Below, piece by piece: positions 11,950 to 26,900 of a stretch of DNA of 64,000 nucleotides. Below the pieces are notes generated by a model. It was given only the letters and a program-made list of their open reading frames with translations. It searched no databases and was not told the DNA's origin. This stretch comes from Amphiscolops sp. MND2022 (lineage: Eukaryota). The number at the start of each line of letters is the position of its first letter. The stretch's first letter is position 1. The DNA lies in contig OZ076420.1 in assembly GCA_964187785.1 (NCBI GenBank), forward strand, positions 27,342,001-27,406,000. Direction: 5' to 3'. Position numbers and translations under genes: made by a program.

Positions 11950-14900
11950 TAGAGGGCATTGTTAGAATTACCTATCGGTCGAATACTGGATAGACACTTT
12001 CGTCTCTTTTGTTGGGTTTTTATCTCTCTCGGAAGATTTTGTCCGATAGGAATAAATCTTTTGAAATTCTTATAGCTTCTATTAGCACTATGAATTGTCC
12101 ATGTGAGGTTATGACAAAACCATATATCCCGATTAGTCACAGGTTGAAAAGTCAAGGATATGTCATTGCCACCAAAAACTAAAATTGGCTGTTCTTCAAA
12201 ATTATTTTCCGGGTAACCCAAATGAGAAACATATTATCCACGTTGAAGTCCATTTTGTTACTTTCGGCCCAAAAAGACAATTAGGAGTGGTCCCACAGTG
12301 GAAGGTTTCCTTCTAAAACCTAGTTTTGGTTGACACAGCTGGGGTTCAGTGATTTTGTACAGTCTGGTATAGAGGAGTGGTTCAGAGAGAATGCAAAGTT
12401 TACTAAGATTTGCAAATCAGTCGGTAGTTTTCGATAATGAGTTTGCTCTTTCTTCATGCATGGGCTTCTACAAATTGTTTGAATTCGCAGAGGGAAATGC
12501 ATGAGATAACAGTTAGTAGCTTCCTCGAGCTACGTTTCTCGCTTTTACTATAAGAGCTGAGGAATTGCATGAAGATAGAAAAAAGTTAAAGTCGCCTATT
12601 AAAAGTTCCCAATCCTCTAACCAACAACGTTTGGTTTTGTTTCCGTCTATAAAATTCATCAGTATTTCAAGTTGTATTCTGTATTTACTGTCCGACGGTT
12701 GATTGTAAATAACTATAAGCAGAACATCATTGATGATAACTCAGCAGCCAAAATTGTATTCTTTTGAGGCAGATGTTTCAATTCTGTTCCAGCATTTAGT
12801 CCAAACATAGCAGTTGCTCCATGTATATCAGTGTTTCTATCGCTGTGACAAATTTGCTGAAAGATATTTTAGAGATAATCAAAATAAATTTCAATGTGCG
12901 CAACATGCTTCCGAATTATGACTTCTTAAGCACAGAAAAGAATACCTGCGCAGTTCTGTCTACCCATACATAACAAAAGCACTGAAACTTATATATTGCA
13001 ATAAAATCTGAAGCCGACGGTCTTCTGCCGTCATTTGTTTCGAAACACACAAGCCAGTTGTGTGTTTCCGGGTATTTGCCTATTAGCCCCAAGATCAACA
13101 ATTCTTTCAAGTAAGGAAGTGACGATGTTGTTCTTCATCCGATAGCTTCTTTGCAAGTGCCGAGGTCCGTATAGGCCAGAACTTTTCTTGAACGCACTTC
13201 AATTGTCAGCCGATCTGCTCTACATTTGATGTTCAATCTTTTAAAGTACATTCAATTTTACAGTGTCAAACACAATTAGGTTTAATATAGAAAAAGCAAA
13301 GGATTAAAGTTTAGCTGTCGCGCGTTTTTGTTCGTTTTTAGTTTAAGGGAATAGTCTCCGCGATTGTTGTCTAATAATTGCTCAATTTGGAGCTTGAACT
13401 GTCATCACAGGCGGCATCCTGTACAGCAACATCGTTGGTTTCAAAATTTGAACTGTATCTTGGAGAAACCGACATAGCTACAAGACTTAAAATTGCCCCA
13501 ATAGGATGAATGAACTTTGAAACTTCCTGACAAAATTCAATTGCAATGGGAAAATTAATTCGGATGGAAGTGTGCGTAAGAGATTTGAAAGACATTATAA
13601 AAGTTTCTGGCAATTTTCAAGTGCGTGCAATAAGCCCAGGCAATTCCTACAAAGTAAATTTTTTGACAGAGATGTTGATGAAAATTAAAAAGACCACCAA
13701 CGGTGAGCTCAAATGGGTTTTAGAGTTTTTGAATTTTAAAGTAGATTTTAGTGCCTAAATTGCCAGCATCAGTTTCTAATCAATCCGAATTTGATCGTTT
13801 CCGAGATTTTGGAGACTTGGTTCTATTACATTTTGCAGTTTCATGTTTTCAAGCCAAACAGGACTCGCTCGAAACATTTTTCACAAACAGGAGTCCGGAG
13901 CATACATCCCACTACTGAACAACTCTAACACTGTTATCGTCAATTTTTATGAGTCTGGTTTTGGCTTCAGAACAATTTAATGAAATACAAAAAACAGTAA
14001 TTTGGAAACCAAAAACAAAAGCTATGGAAAAAGTGCAAAAGGTTCCGTTCCCTTCAAATCATTGTTTTCGAACGCCTGAAAAAGACACAAAAACAGTGGT
14101 AACCAATTTTAAATCATTCGAAGACAAGCTTGCTTATTCAAAGGGTTGATTGCTCTTTTTGTGATAGTTAGAATAAACATTACCCTGTCAAAAGTTTTAG
14201 GGAAGTGAAAGCAAAAAGTGACAATTTTCTCTCCAATGTCGAGTGCTTCAAAAACGCTACTTAGATGAAAAAGGAGTTGTATTACAGTGGAATGTTTCCT
14301 TCGAAAAGCATGTTGTGTTCATTTCAGCAGTGGTTCAATGAATTTGTACAGTTTGGAATAAAGGAGATGTTCAGAGCAAAGACAAAGTTTACTAAGATTT
14401 GCAACTCGGCCTGTAGTTTTCGATCATAATTTTGCTCTTTCTTTATGTAATGGCTTTTATCAATTTATTCATATTCGCAAAGGATACTACATGAGATGAT
14501 AGTTTTCTGAAAAGATTCAATAGTGAATTGATAGTGAGTTTGCAGTGGATTTGTTATTAGAGCCTTGAATGTTATCGGGACCAGAGACAGAGCTACAATT
14601 TGACTGTACATGTCAGACATCCTCCACTGTGAAGTCCAGCTAATTACAGACTGCCTTTGAGAAATCTAGAACCTTGGAATCATTTTAATGACTAACGAAC
14701 TGAGAAAAAAATCGACGGAAATCAGCTTTTTGACTATCACCAGTATCAGGATGATCATTGAACTTCATCGTAGAGGTATCTCTCTAAAGACTCTTGAGGG
14801 TTGCAATGAATTTGAAGTGAATTGTGTTTTCGTTATAGGAGCGAATTGAATCGTTTCAAGGTAGATGAAAAGATTTGAATAAATCGTTCAAAGAGATCTT

Positions 14901-17900
14901 AAAAGAGAAAGAAACTCCTCGATACAATTAAATTGCCATAAGGAATTTATTTTGGATGGAAGTGAGAGTAAGAGTTTGGAAAAACTTTATAAAAGTTTCT
15001 GGCAAATTTTAAGTGCATGCAATATGACCAGGCCTTTTCAACAAGGGTAAATATTGGACTGAAATGTTGATGGAAAGTAAATAGACTATCACCAGTGTGC
15101 TCTAACTTGTTTGAGATTTTCTAGTGGGTAACCAGGATAATGAAATGTAATTTTTGAAGTAAGTTTCAGTACTAAATTGCCAGCATCAGTTTTCATAAAA
15201 TCAATATGTGATTTTTTTGGGGTTTTTGAAACTTGGTTAAATCACTACTTGCAGTTTTTTGTTTTCGAGCCAAAGATCACTCGTTTATATCATCTTTCAC
15301 ATACAGGAGTCCGGAGCGCACATTCAATCACTTTACAACTCTAACACTGTTATATTCAATTATTAAACGTATGGCTTCCGTTTCAAAATAATTTAAGGAA
15401 ACGAAACAATTGTACTTCGAAAGCAATACCAAAAGCTATAGAAAAAGTGCAAAATTAACCGCTCCCTCAAATCGTTGTTTTTGAACGGCTGAAAAAGGCA
15501 CAATAAAAGTGGTAACCAATTTTAAATTATTCAGAGACAAGCCTGCTCAGTTAAAGGATTTATTGCTCACTTTGTAAGAAGTAGAATAAAATTCACTCCG
15601 TCAAAGATTTTAGAAAAGTGAAAGAATAAAGTGACAATTTACTCTCCAATGTCGAGTGCTTCAAAAACGCTTAGATGAAGAAGGAGTTGTGTTACAGTGG
15701 AATGTTTCCTTCGAAAACCATGTTTTGTGCAACTCAGCAGTGGTTCAATGAATTTGTACAGTTTGGAATAAAGGAGATGTTCAGAGCGAAGACAAAGTTT
15801 ACTAAGATTTGCAACTCGGCCTGTAGTTTTCGATCATAATTTTGCTCTTTCTTTATGTAATGGCTTTTATTTATTTATTCAAATTCGCAAAGGATACTAC
15901 ATGAGATAATAGTTTTCAGAAAAGATTCAATAGTGAATTGATAGTGAGTTTGCAGTGGATTTGTTATTAGAGCCTCGAATGTTATCAGGACCAGAGACAG
16001 AGCTACAATTCGGCTGTACATGTCAGACTTCCTCCACTGTAAAGTCCAGCTAATTACAGACTGCCTTTGAGAAATCTAGAACCTTTGAATCATTTTATTG
16101 ACTAACGAACTGAGAAAAAAATCGACGGAAATCAGCTTTTTGACTATCACCAGTATCAGGATGATCATTGAACTTCATCGTAGAAGTATCTCTCTGAAGA
16201 CTATTGGGGGTTGCAACGAATTTGAAGTGAATTGTGTTTTCGTTATATGAGCGATTTGAATCGTTTCTAGGTAGATGAAAAGATTTGAATCAATCGTTTA
16301 AAGAGATATCAAAAGAGACAGAAACTCCTCGATACAATTAAATTGCAATAAGGAATTTATTTTGGATGGAAGTGAGAGTAAGAGTTTGGAAAATTTTCAT
16401 AAAAGTTTCTGGCAAATTTTAAGTGCATGCAATATGACCAGGCCTTTTCAACAAGGGTAAATATTGGACTGAAATGTTGATGGAAACTAAATAGACTATC
16501 ACCAGTGTGCTCTAACTTGTTTGGGATTTTCTAGTGGGTAACCAGAATAATGAAATAAAAATTTTGAAGTAGATTTCAGTACTAAAACTGCCAGCATCAG
16601 TTTTCATTAAGTCAATATATGATTTGTTTCAGGTTTTTGAAACTTGGTTAAATCACTACTTGCAGTTTTTTGCTTTCGAGCCAAATATCATTCGTTTAAA
16701 TCATCTTTCACATACAGGAGTCCGGAGCGTACATTCCATTACTTTACAACTCTAACACTGTTATATTCCATTATTAAAAGTATGACTTCCGTTTCAAAAT
16801 AAGTTAAGGAACCGAAACAATTGTACTTCGAAAAGCAATACCAAAAGCTATAGAAAAAGTGCAAAATTAACCGCTCCCTCAAATCGTTGTTTTTGAACGG
16901 CTGAAAAAGGCACAATAAAAGTGGTAACCAATTTTAAATTATTCAGAGACAAGCCTGCTCAGTTAAAGGATTTATTGCTCACTTTGTAAGAAGTAGAATA
17001 AAATTCACTCCGTCAAAGATTTTAGAGAAGTGAAAGAATAATGTGACAATTTTTTCTCCAATGTCGAGTGCTTCAAAAACGCTTAGATGAAGAAGGAGTT
17101 GTGTTACAGTGGAATGTTTCCTTCGAAAACCATGTTTTGTGCAACTCAGCAGTGGTTCAATGAATTTGTACAGTTTGGAATAAAGGAGATGTTCAGAGCG
17201 AAGACAAAGTTTACTAAGATTTGCAACTCGGCCTGTAGTTTTCGATCATAATTTTGCTCTTTCTTTATGTAATGGCTTTTATCAATTTATTCATATCGCA
17301 AAGGAAACTACATGAGATAATAGTTTTCTGAAAAGATTCAATAGTGAATTGATATTGAGTTTGCAGTGAATTTGTTATTAGAGCCTTGAATGTTATCAGG
17401 ACCAGAGACAGAGCTACAATTTGACTGTACATGTCAGACATCCTCCAGTGTGAAGTCCAGCTAATTACAGACTGTCTTTGAGAAATCTAGAACCTTGGAA
17501 TCCTTTTAATGACTAACGAACTGAGAAAAAAAATCGACGGAAGTCTGCTTTTTGACTATCACCAGCATCAGGATGATCATTGAACTTCATCGTAGAGGTA
17601 TCTCTCTGAAGACTCTTGAGGGTTGCAATGACTTTGAAGTGAATGTTGTTTTCGTTATATGAGCGAATTGAATCGTTTCTAGGTAGATGAAAAGATTTGA
17701 ATCAATCGTTTAAAGAGATCTTAAGAGAGAAAGAAACTCCTCCATACAATTATATTGCAATAAGGAATTCATTTTGGATGGAAGTGAGAGTAAGAGTTTG
17801 GAAAATCTTTATAAAAGTTTTGGCAAATTTCAAGTGCATGCAATAAGACCAGGCCTTTTCAACAAGGGTAATCATTGGACTGAAATGTTGATGGAAAGTA

Positions 17901-20900
17901 AATAGACTATCACCAGTGTGCTCTAACTTGTTTGAGATTTTTTAGTGGGTAACCAGAATAATGAAAAGTAAATTTTGAAGTAGTTTCCAGTACTAAAATT
18001 GACAGCATCAGTTTTCAATAAATCAATATGTGATTTTTTTGAGGTTTTTGAGTTTTGGTTAAATCACTACTCGCAGTTTTTTGCTTTCGAGCCAAATATC
18101 ATTCGTTTAAATCATCTTTCACATACAGGAGTCCGGAGCGTACATTCCATTACTTTACAACTCTAACACTGTTATATTCCATTATTAAAAGTATGACTTC
18201 CGTTTCAAAATAAGTTAAGGAAACGAAACAATTGTACTTCGAAAAGCAATACCAAAAGCTATAGAAAAAGTGCAAAATGTACCGCTCCCTTCAAATCATT
18301 GTTTTTGAACGCCTGAAAAAGACACAATAAAAGTGGTAACCAATTTTAAATTATTCAGAGACAAGCCTGCTCAGTTAAAGGATTTATTGCTCACTTTGTA
18401 ATAAATAGAATAAAATTCACTCTGTCAAAGTTTTTAGAGAAGTGAAAGAATAAAGTGACAATTTACTCTCCAATGTCGAGTGCTTCAAAAACGCTTAGAT
18501 GAAGAAGGAGTTGTGTTACAGTGGAATGTTAACTTCGAAAACATGTCAGACATCCTCCACGGTGAAGTCCAGCTAATTACAGACTGCATTTGAGATATCT
18601 ATAAACCTCATAAACCATGTTTTGTGCAACTCAGCAGTGGTTCAATGAACTTGTACAATTTGGAATAAAGGAGATGTTCAGAGCAAAGACAAAGTTTACT
18701 AAGATTTGCAACTCGGCCTGTAGTTTTCGATCAAAATTTTGCTCTTTCTTTATGTAATGGCTTTTATCAATTTATTCATATTCGCAAAGGAAACTACATG
18801 AGATAATAGTTTTCTGAAAAGATTCAATAGTGAATTGATATTGAGTTTGCAGTGGATTTGTTATTAGAGCCTTGAATGTTATCAGGACCAGAGACAGAGC
18901 TACAATTTGACTGTACATGTCAGACATCCTCCACTGTGAAGTCCAGCTAATTACAGACTGCATTTGAGAAATCTAGAATCTTGGAATCATTTTAATGGCT
19001 AACGAACTGAGAAAAAAATCGACGGAAATCTGCTTTTTGACTATCACCAGTATCAAGATGATCATTGAACTTCATCGTAGAGGTATCTCTCTGAAGACTC
19101 TTGAGGGTTGCAATGAATTTGAAGTGAATGTTGTTTTCGTTATATGAGCGAATTGAATCGTTTCTAGGTAGATGAAAAGATTTGAATCAATCGTTTAAAG
19201 AGATATCAAAAGAGACAGAAACTCCTCGATACAATTAAATTGCAATAAGGAATTTATTTTGGATGGAAGTGAGAGTAAGAGTTTGGAAAATCTTCATAAA
19301 AGTTTCTGGCAAAATTCAAGTGCATGCAATATGACCAGGCCTTTTCAACAAGGGGAAACAAGGGACTGAGATGTTGATGGAAAGTAAATAGACTATCACC
19401 AGTGTGCACTAACTTGTTTGAGATTTTTTAGTGGGTAACCAGAACAATGAAATGTAAATTTTGAAGTAGGTTTCAGTACTAAAAGTGCCAGCATCAGTTT
19501 TCATTAAATCAAAATGTGATTTTTCTGAGGTTTTTGAAACTTGGTTATATCACTACTTGCAGTTTTTTGTTTTCGAGCCAAATATCACTCGTTTAAATCA
19601 TCTTTCACATACAGGAGTCCGGAGCGTACATTCCATTACTTTACAACTCTAACACTGTTATAATCCATTATTAAAAGTATTGCTTCCGTTTCAAAATAAT
19701 TTAAGGAAACGAAACAATTGTACTTCGAAAAGCAATACCAAAAGCTATAGAAAAAGTGCAAAATGTACCGCTCCCTTCAAATCGTTGGTTTTGAACGCCT
19801 GAAAAAGACACAATAAAAGCGGTAACCAATTTTAAATTATTCAGAGACAAGCCTGCTCAGTTAAAGGATTTATTGCTCACTTTGTAAGAAGTAGAATAAA
19901 ATTCACTCTGTCAAAGATTTTAGAGAAGTGAAAGAATCGAGTGACAATTTACTCTCCAATGTCGAGTGCTTCAAAAACGCTTAGATGAAGAAGGAGTTGT
20001 GTTACAGTGGAATGTTTCCTTCGAAAACCATGTTTTGTGCAACTCAGCAGTGGTTCAATGAATTTGTACAGTTTGGAATGAAGGAAATGTTCAGAGCAAA
20101 GACAAAGTTTACTAAGATTTGCAACTCGGCCTGTAGTTTTTGATCATAATTTTGCTCTTTCTTTATATAATGGCTTTTATCAATTTATTCATATTCGCAA
20201 AGGAAACTACATGAGATAATAGTTTTCTGAAAAGATTCAATAGTGAAATGATATTTTGAGTTTGGAGTGGATTTGTTATTAGAGCCTTGAATATTATCAG
20301 GACCAGAGACAGATCTACAATTTGACTGTACATGTCAGACATACTGTGATGTCCAGCTAATTACAGACTGCATTTGAGAAATCTAGAACCTTGGAATCTT
20401 TTTAATGACTAATGAACTGAGAAAAAAATCGACGGAAATCTGCTTTTTGACTATCACCACTATCAGGATTATCATTGAACTTCATCGTAGAAGTATCTCT
20501 CTGAAGACTATTGGGGGTTGCAACGAATTTGAAGTGAATTGTGTTTTCGTTATATGAGCGAATTGAATCGTTTCTAGGTAGATGAAAAGATTTGAATCAA
20601 TCGTTTAAAGAGATATCAAAAGAGACAGAAACTCCTCGATACAATTAAATTGCAATAAGGAATTTATTTTGGATGGAAGTGAGAGTAAGAGTTTGGAAAA
20701 TCTTCATAAAAGTTTCTGGCAAATTTCAAGTGCATGCAATATGACCAGGCCTTTTCAACAAGGGGGAACAATGGACTGAGATGTTGATGGAAAGTAAATA
20801 GACTGTCACCAGTGTGCTCTAACTTGTTTGAGATTTTTTAGTGGGTAACCTGAACAATGAAATGTAAATTTTGAAGTAGATTTCAGTACTAAAATTGACC

Positions 20901-23900
20901 GCATCAGTTTTCATTAAATCAAAATGTGCTTTTTTGAGCTTTTTGAAACTTGGTTAAATCACTACTTGCAGTTTTTTGTTTTCGAGCCAAATATCACTCG
21001 TTTAAATCATCTTTCACATACAGGAGTCCGGAGCGTACATTCCATTACTTTACAACTCTAACACTGTTATAATCCATTATTAAAAGTATTGCTTCCGTTT
21101 CAAAATAATTTAAGGAAACGAAACAATTGTACTTCGAAAAGCAATACCAAAAGCTATAGAAAAAGTGCAAAATGTACCGCTCCCTTCAAATCGTTGGTTT
21201 TGAACGCCTGAAAAAGACACAATAAAAGCGGTAACCAATTTTAAATTATTCAGAGACAAGCCTGCTCAGTTAAAGGATTTATTGCTCACTTTGTAAGAAG
21301 TAGAATAAAATTCACTCTGTCAAAGATTTTAGAGAAGTGAAAGAATCGAGTGACAATTTACTCTCCAATGTCGAGTGCTTCAAAAACGCTTAGATGAAGA
21401 AGGAGTTGTGTTACAGTGGAATGTTTCCTTCGAAAACCATGTTTTGTGCAACTCAGCAGTGGTTCAATGAATTTGTACAGTTTGGAATGAAGGAAATGTT
21501 CAGAGCAAAGACAAAGTTTACTAAGATTTGCAACTCGGCCTGTAGTTTTTGATCATAATTTTGCTCTTTCTTTATGTAATGGCTTTTATCAATTTATTCA
21601 TATTCGCAAAGGAAACTACATGAGATAATAGTTTTCTGAAAAGATTCAATAGTGAAATGATATTTTGAGTTTGGAGTGGATTTGTTATTAGAGCCTTGAA
21701 TATTATCAGGACCAGAGACAGAACTACAATTTGACTGTACATGTCAGACATACTGTGATGTCCAGCTAATTACAGACTGCATTTGAGAAATCTAGAACCT
21801 TGGAATCTTTTTAATGACTAATGAACTGAGAAAAAAATCGACGGAAATCTGCTTTTTGACTATCACCACTATCAGGATTATCATTGAACTTCATCGTAGA
21901 AGTATCTCTCTGAAGACTATTGGGGGTTGCAACGAATTTGAAGTGAATTGTGTTTTCGTTATATGAGCGATTTGAATCGTTTCTAGGTAGATGAAAAGAT
22001 TTGAATCAATCGTTTAAAGAGATATCAAAAGAGACAGAAACTCCTCGATACAATTAAATTGCAATAAGGAATTTATTTTGGATGGAAGTGAGAGTAAGAG
22101 TTTGGAAAATCTTCATAAAAGTTTCTGGCAAATTTCAAGTGCATGCAATATGACCAGGCCTTTTCAACAAGGGGGAACAATGGACTGAGATGTTGATGGA
22201 AAGTAAATAGACTGTCACCAGTGTGCTCTAACTTGTTTGAGATTTTTTAGTGGGTAACCTGAACAATGAAATGTAAATTTTGAAGTAGATTTCAGTACTA
22301 AAATTGACCGCATCAGTTTTCATTAAATCAAAATGTGCTTTTTTGAGCTTTTTGAAACTTGGTTAAATCACTACTTGCAGTTTTTTGTTTTCGAGCCAAA
22401 TATCACTCGTTTAAATCATCTTTCACATACAGGAGTCCGGAGCGTACATTCCATTATTTTACAACTCTAACACTGTTATAATCCATTATTAAAAGTATGG
22501 CTTCCGTTTCAAAATAATTTAAGGAAACGAAACAATTGTACTTCAAAAAGCAAAACCAAAAGCTATAGAAAAAGTGCAAAATGTACCGCTCCCTTCAAAT
22601 CGTTGTTTTTGAACGCCTGAAAAAGACACAATAAAAGTGGTAACGAATTTTAAATTATTCAGAGACAAGCCTGCTCAGTTAAAGGATTTATTGCTCACTT
22701 TGTAATAAGTAGAAAAAAATTCACTCTGTCAAAGATTTTAGAGAAGTCTAAGTGTAAAAATAAAATTTTCTCTCCAATGTTGAGTGCTTCAAAAACGCTT
22801 AGAAGGAGTTGTCTCACAGTGGAAAATTTCCTTCGAAAACCATGTTCTGTTTAAGTCTGCTGTGGTTCAATGATTTTGTAAAGTTTGGAATAGAGGAGAT
22901 GTTCCAAGGCAAAGTTTACTAAAATTTGCAAATCGGTCCGTACTTTTCGATAATGAGTTTGGTCTTTCTTTGGGAAACGCCTTTTTTAAATTTATTTCCG
23001 TTCGCAGGGTAAATTGCATGAGATAACCGTTTGTCTGACAAAATTCAAAAAGTGAGTTGATAAAGAGTTTGCAGTGCACTCGATATTCGAGCTTGGAATG
23101 CTATCAGGACCATAGCCAGGGCTACGTTTCGGCATTACATGTGAGACATCGTCCACTCTGAAATCCAGGTAATTATAGACTGCATTTGAATAATTTAATC
23201 TCTAAGAATCATTTTAATGACTTACAAACTGAGACAAAAAAATTCGACGAAAGGCTTCTGCTATCTGACTATCACCAAAATCAGGATGATCATTGAATTT
23301 AATCGTAGAGGGAAATTTCTGATGACTGTAGAGGGATGCAAAGAATTTTAAGTGATTAGGTTTTCCGTTATACGAGAGAACTGAATCGTATCTAGGTAAA
23401 TGAAAAGATCTAAATCAATAGTTTGAATGCGATTTTTTCTCAATCTTAAATAACGGAAACTGACTGTGTCGATTTTGTTGTTGACTGTTTCAAAACAGTT
23501 GAGTAGTTGAACTGCATGTGACGAATATTATTTTGGTAGAAGTTTTCTCGAGCTACGATTCTAGTTTTTACTATAAAAACTGAAGAATTCCATGAAGATA
23601 AAAAACAAGTTAAAGTCGCCTATTAGATAATTCTCAATCCTCTAACAACAATGTTTGGTTTTGTTTTCGTCTATAAATTTGATCAGTGTTTCATGTTTTA
23701 TTCTGGATTTACTGCCCGACGGTTGATTGTAAATAACTTTAAGCTGCATATCATTGATGATAACCCAGCAGCCAAAGTTGTATTTTTTGAGGAGAATGTT
23801 TCAATTCCGTTCCAGCATTTAGTCCAAACATAGCAGTTGCTCTATGTAAACCGGTGTTTCGAGCTATGTAAACCAGTGTTTCGGGATAATCAAAATAAAT

Positions 23901-26900
23901 TTCAATGTGCGCAACATGCTTCCGAATTATGACATTTTAAGCACAGAAAAGAATACCTATCTTGTTGTCTACCCATACCTTACAAAAGCACTGAAACGTA
24001 CGTATTGCACAAAATGTAAAGCCGTACTCGTGTTTCTGCCATCATTTGTTTTGAAACACACAAGGCAGCTGTGTGTTACCGGGTATTTGTTTATTGGCTC
24101 AAGATCAAAAAAACTTTCCAATAGTTAGGTGGCGATGTTTTTCTTCATCCGATAGGTTCTTTGCAAGTGCTGAGGTCCGTATAATGCAGAAAAATACTTG
24201 AACGCGATTCAGTTGTCAACCAATCCGCTCTACATTTGATTTCCAATGTTCCAAAGTACATTCAATTCTCAGTGTCAAATACAAATAGGTTTAAAATGAA
24301 AAAAGCAAAAGTTTTATATTGTAGCCGTCGCTCATTTGTATTCATTCTTTAGGTTAAAGAAATAGTCTTCGTGATCGATGTCTGATAATTGTACATTTCG
24401 GATCTTAAATTGACATCACAGACGGCATCCTGGCAGCAATTTAGTTGGTTTCAAAATTAGAACTGTATATTGAAGAAACCGACATAGCTACAAGACTTAA
24501 AATTGCCCCAATAGGTTGAATAAACTTTAAAATTTCCTGACAAAAATCAATTGCAACTGGAAAGTTAGTTCGGATGGAAGTGTGCGTAAGAGATTGGAAA
24601 GACATTATAAAAGTTTCTGACAATTTTCAAGTGCCTGCAAACAACCCAGGCATTTTCAACAAGGTAAATATTTTGACAGAGATGTTGATGAAAATTGAAT
24701 AGACTACCACCAGTGAGCTCAAACTGGTTTGAGATTTTTTAGTTGGTGATTAGAATAATGAAATGTAAAGTTTGAAGTAGATTTCAGTGCTAAAATTGCA
24801 GCATCAGTTTAATATCAATCCATATGTGATATTTCTTCGAGATTTTGGAAAGTTGGTCAAATCACATTTTGCAGTTTCTTATTTTCGAGCCAAATGGGAC
24901 TCGTTCAGATCGTTTTTCACACACAGGAGTCCAGAGCCGATATTCCCTTACTTAACAACTCTAACACTGTTATCGTCAGTTTTTAATTGTCTGGCCTCAG
25001 TTTCAAAACGATTTAATGAATTGCGAAAAACAGTAATTCGGAACCAATACCAAGAACTATCGAAAATGTGCAAATTGTACCGTTCCCTTCAAATCGTTGT
25101 TTTTGAACGCCTGAAAAAGACACAATGAAAGTGGTTACGAATTTTATATTATTCAGACACAAGCCTGCTCAGTTAAAGGATTTTTTGCTCACTTTGTAAG
25201 AAGTAGAATGAAATTCACTCTGTTAAAGGTTTTAGAGAAGTGAAAGAATAAAGTGACAATTTACTCTCCAATGTCGAGTGCTTCAAAAACGCTTAGATGA
25301 AGAAGGAGTTGTGTTACAGTGGAATGTTTCCTTCGAAAACCATTTTTTGTGCAACTCAGCAGTGGTTCAATGAATTTGTACAATTTGGAATAAAGGAGAT
25401 AATCAGAGCAAAGACAAAGTTTACTAAGATTTGCAACTCGGCCTGTAGTTTTAGATCATGATTTTGCTGTTTCTTTATGTAATAGCTTTTATCAGTTTAT
25501 TTATATTCGCAAAGGAAACTAAGTGAGATAATAGTTTTTTTGAAAAGATTCAAAAGTGAATTGATAATGAGTTTGCAGCGGATTTGTTATTAGAGCCTTG
25601 AATGTTCTCAGGACCAGAGCCAGAGTTTCAATTTGACTGTACATGTCAGACATCCTCCACTGTGAAATCCAGGTGATTACCGACTGCATTTGAGAAATCT
25701 AAACACCTTGGAACCATTTTTATGACTAACGAACTGAGAAGAGAAAAATTGACGGAGTTCTTCTGCTTTTTGACTATCACCAGTATCAGGATGATCATTG
25801 AACTTCATCGTAGAGGGATATTTCTGATGACTGGAAGGATGCAAAGAATTTGAAGTTATTAGGGTTTGTGTTGTACGAGAGAATTGAAGCGTATCTGGTA
25901 GGTAGATGAGAAGATCTAAGGCAATCGTTTAAAAGAGATCTTTTCTCTACCTTAAAAACCGGAAACTGACTGTGTTGATGTTGTTGTTGACTGTTTCAAA
26001 GCGGTTGAGTAGTTGAACAGCATGTGACGAACATTAATTTGGTAGTAGCTTTCTTCTCGCTTTTGCTATTAGAGCTGAGGAATTCCATGAAGATAGAAAA
26101 CTAGTTGAAGTCGCCTATTAGAATTTTCTCAATCCTCTAACCAAGAATGTTTGTTTTAGTTATCGTATATAAAGTTCATCAGTATTTCATGTTTTATTCT
26201 GGGTTTACTGCCCGACGGTTGATTGTAAATAACTATAAGCTGGATATCATTGATGATGATAACCCAGCAGCCAAAATTGTAATCTTTTGAGGCAGATGTT
26301 CCAATTCTAGCATTTAGTCCAAACATAGCAGTTGCGCAATGTATGCCATCGTGTTTCGATCGCTGTGACAAATTTGCTGAAGGATATTTTTGGGATAATC
26401 TAAATAAATTTCAAAGTGCGCAAGATGCTTCCGGTTTATAACATTTCGAACACAGAAAAAATATCCATCCAGTTGTCTGCCCATACATAACAAAAGCACT
26501 GAAACGTATGTATTGCACAAAATATAAAGCCTACTCGGCCTTTTGCCATCCTTTTTTTGGAACACACAAGCCAGTTGTGTGTTCCCGGGTATTTGTTCAT
26601 TAGCCCAAGATCAATAAATCTTTCAAACAAAGAAGTGACGATTTTGATCTTCATCCGATAGCTTCTTTGCAAGTGCCGAGGTCCGTATAAGGCAGAAAAA
26701 TACTTGAACGCAATTCAGTTGTCAACAAGTCCGCTCTACATTTGATTTCCAATGTTCCAAAGTACATTCAATTCTCAGTGTCAAATACAAATAGGTTTAA
26801 AATAAAATAAGCAAAAGTTTTTTATTTTAGCCGTCGCTGATTTGTATTCATTCTTTAGGTTAAAGGTATAGTCTTCGTGATTGATGTCTGATAATTGCAC

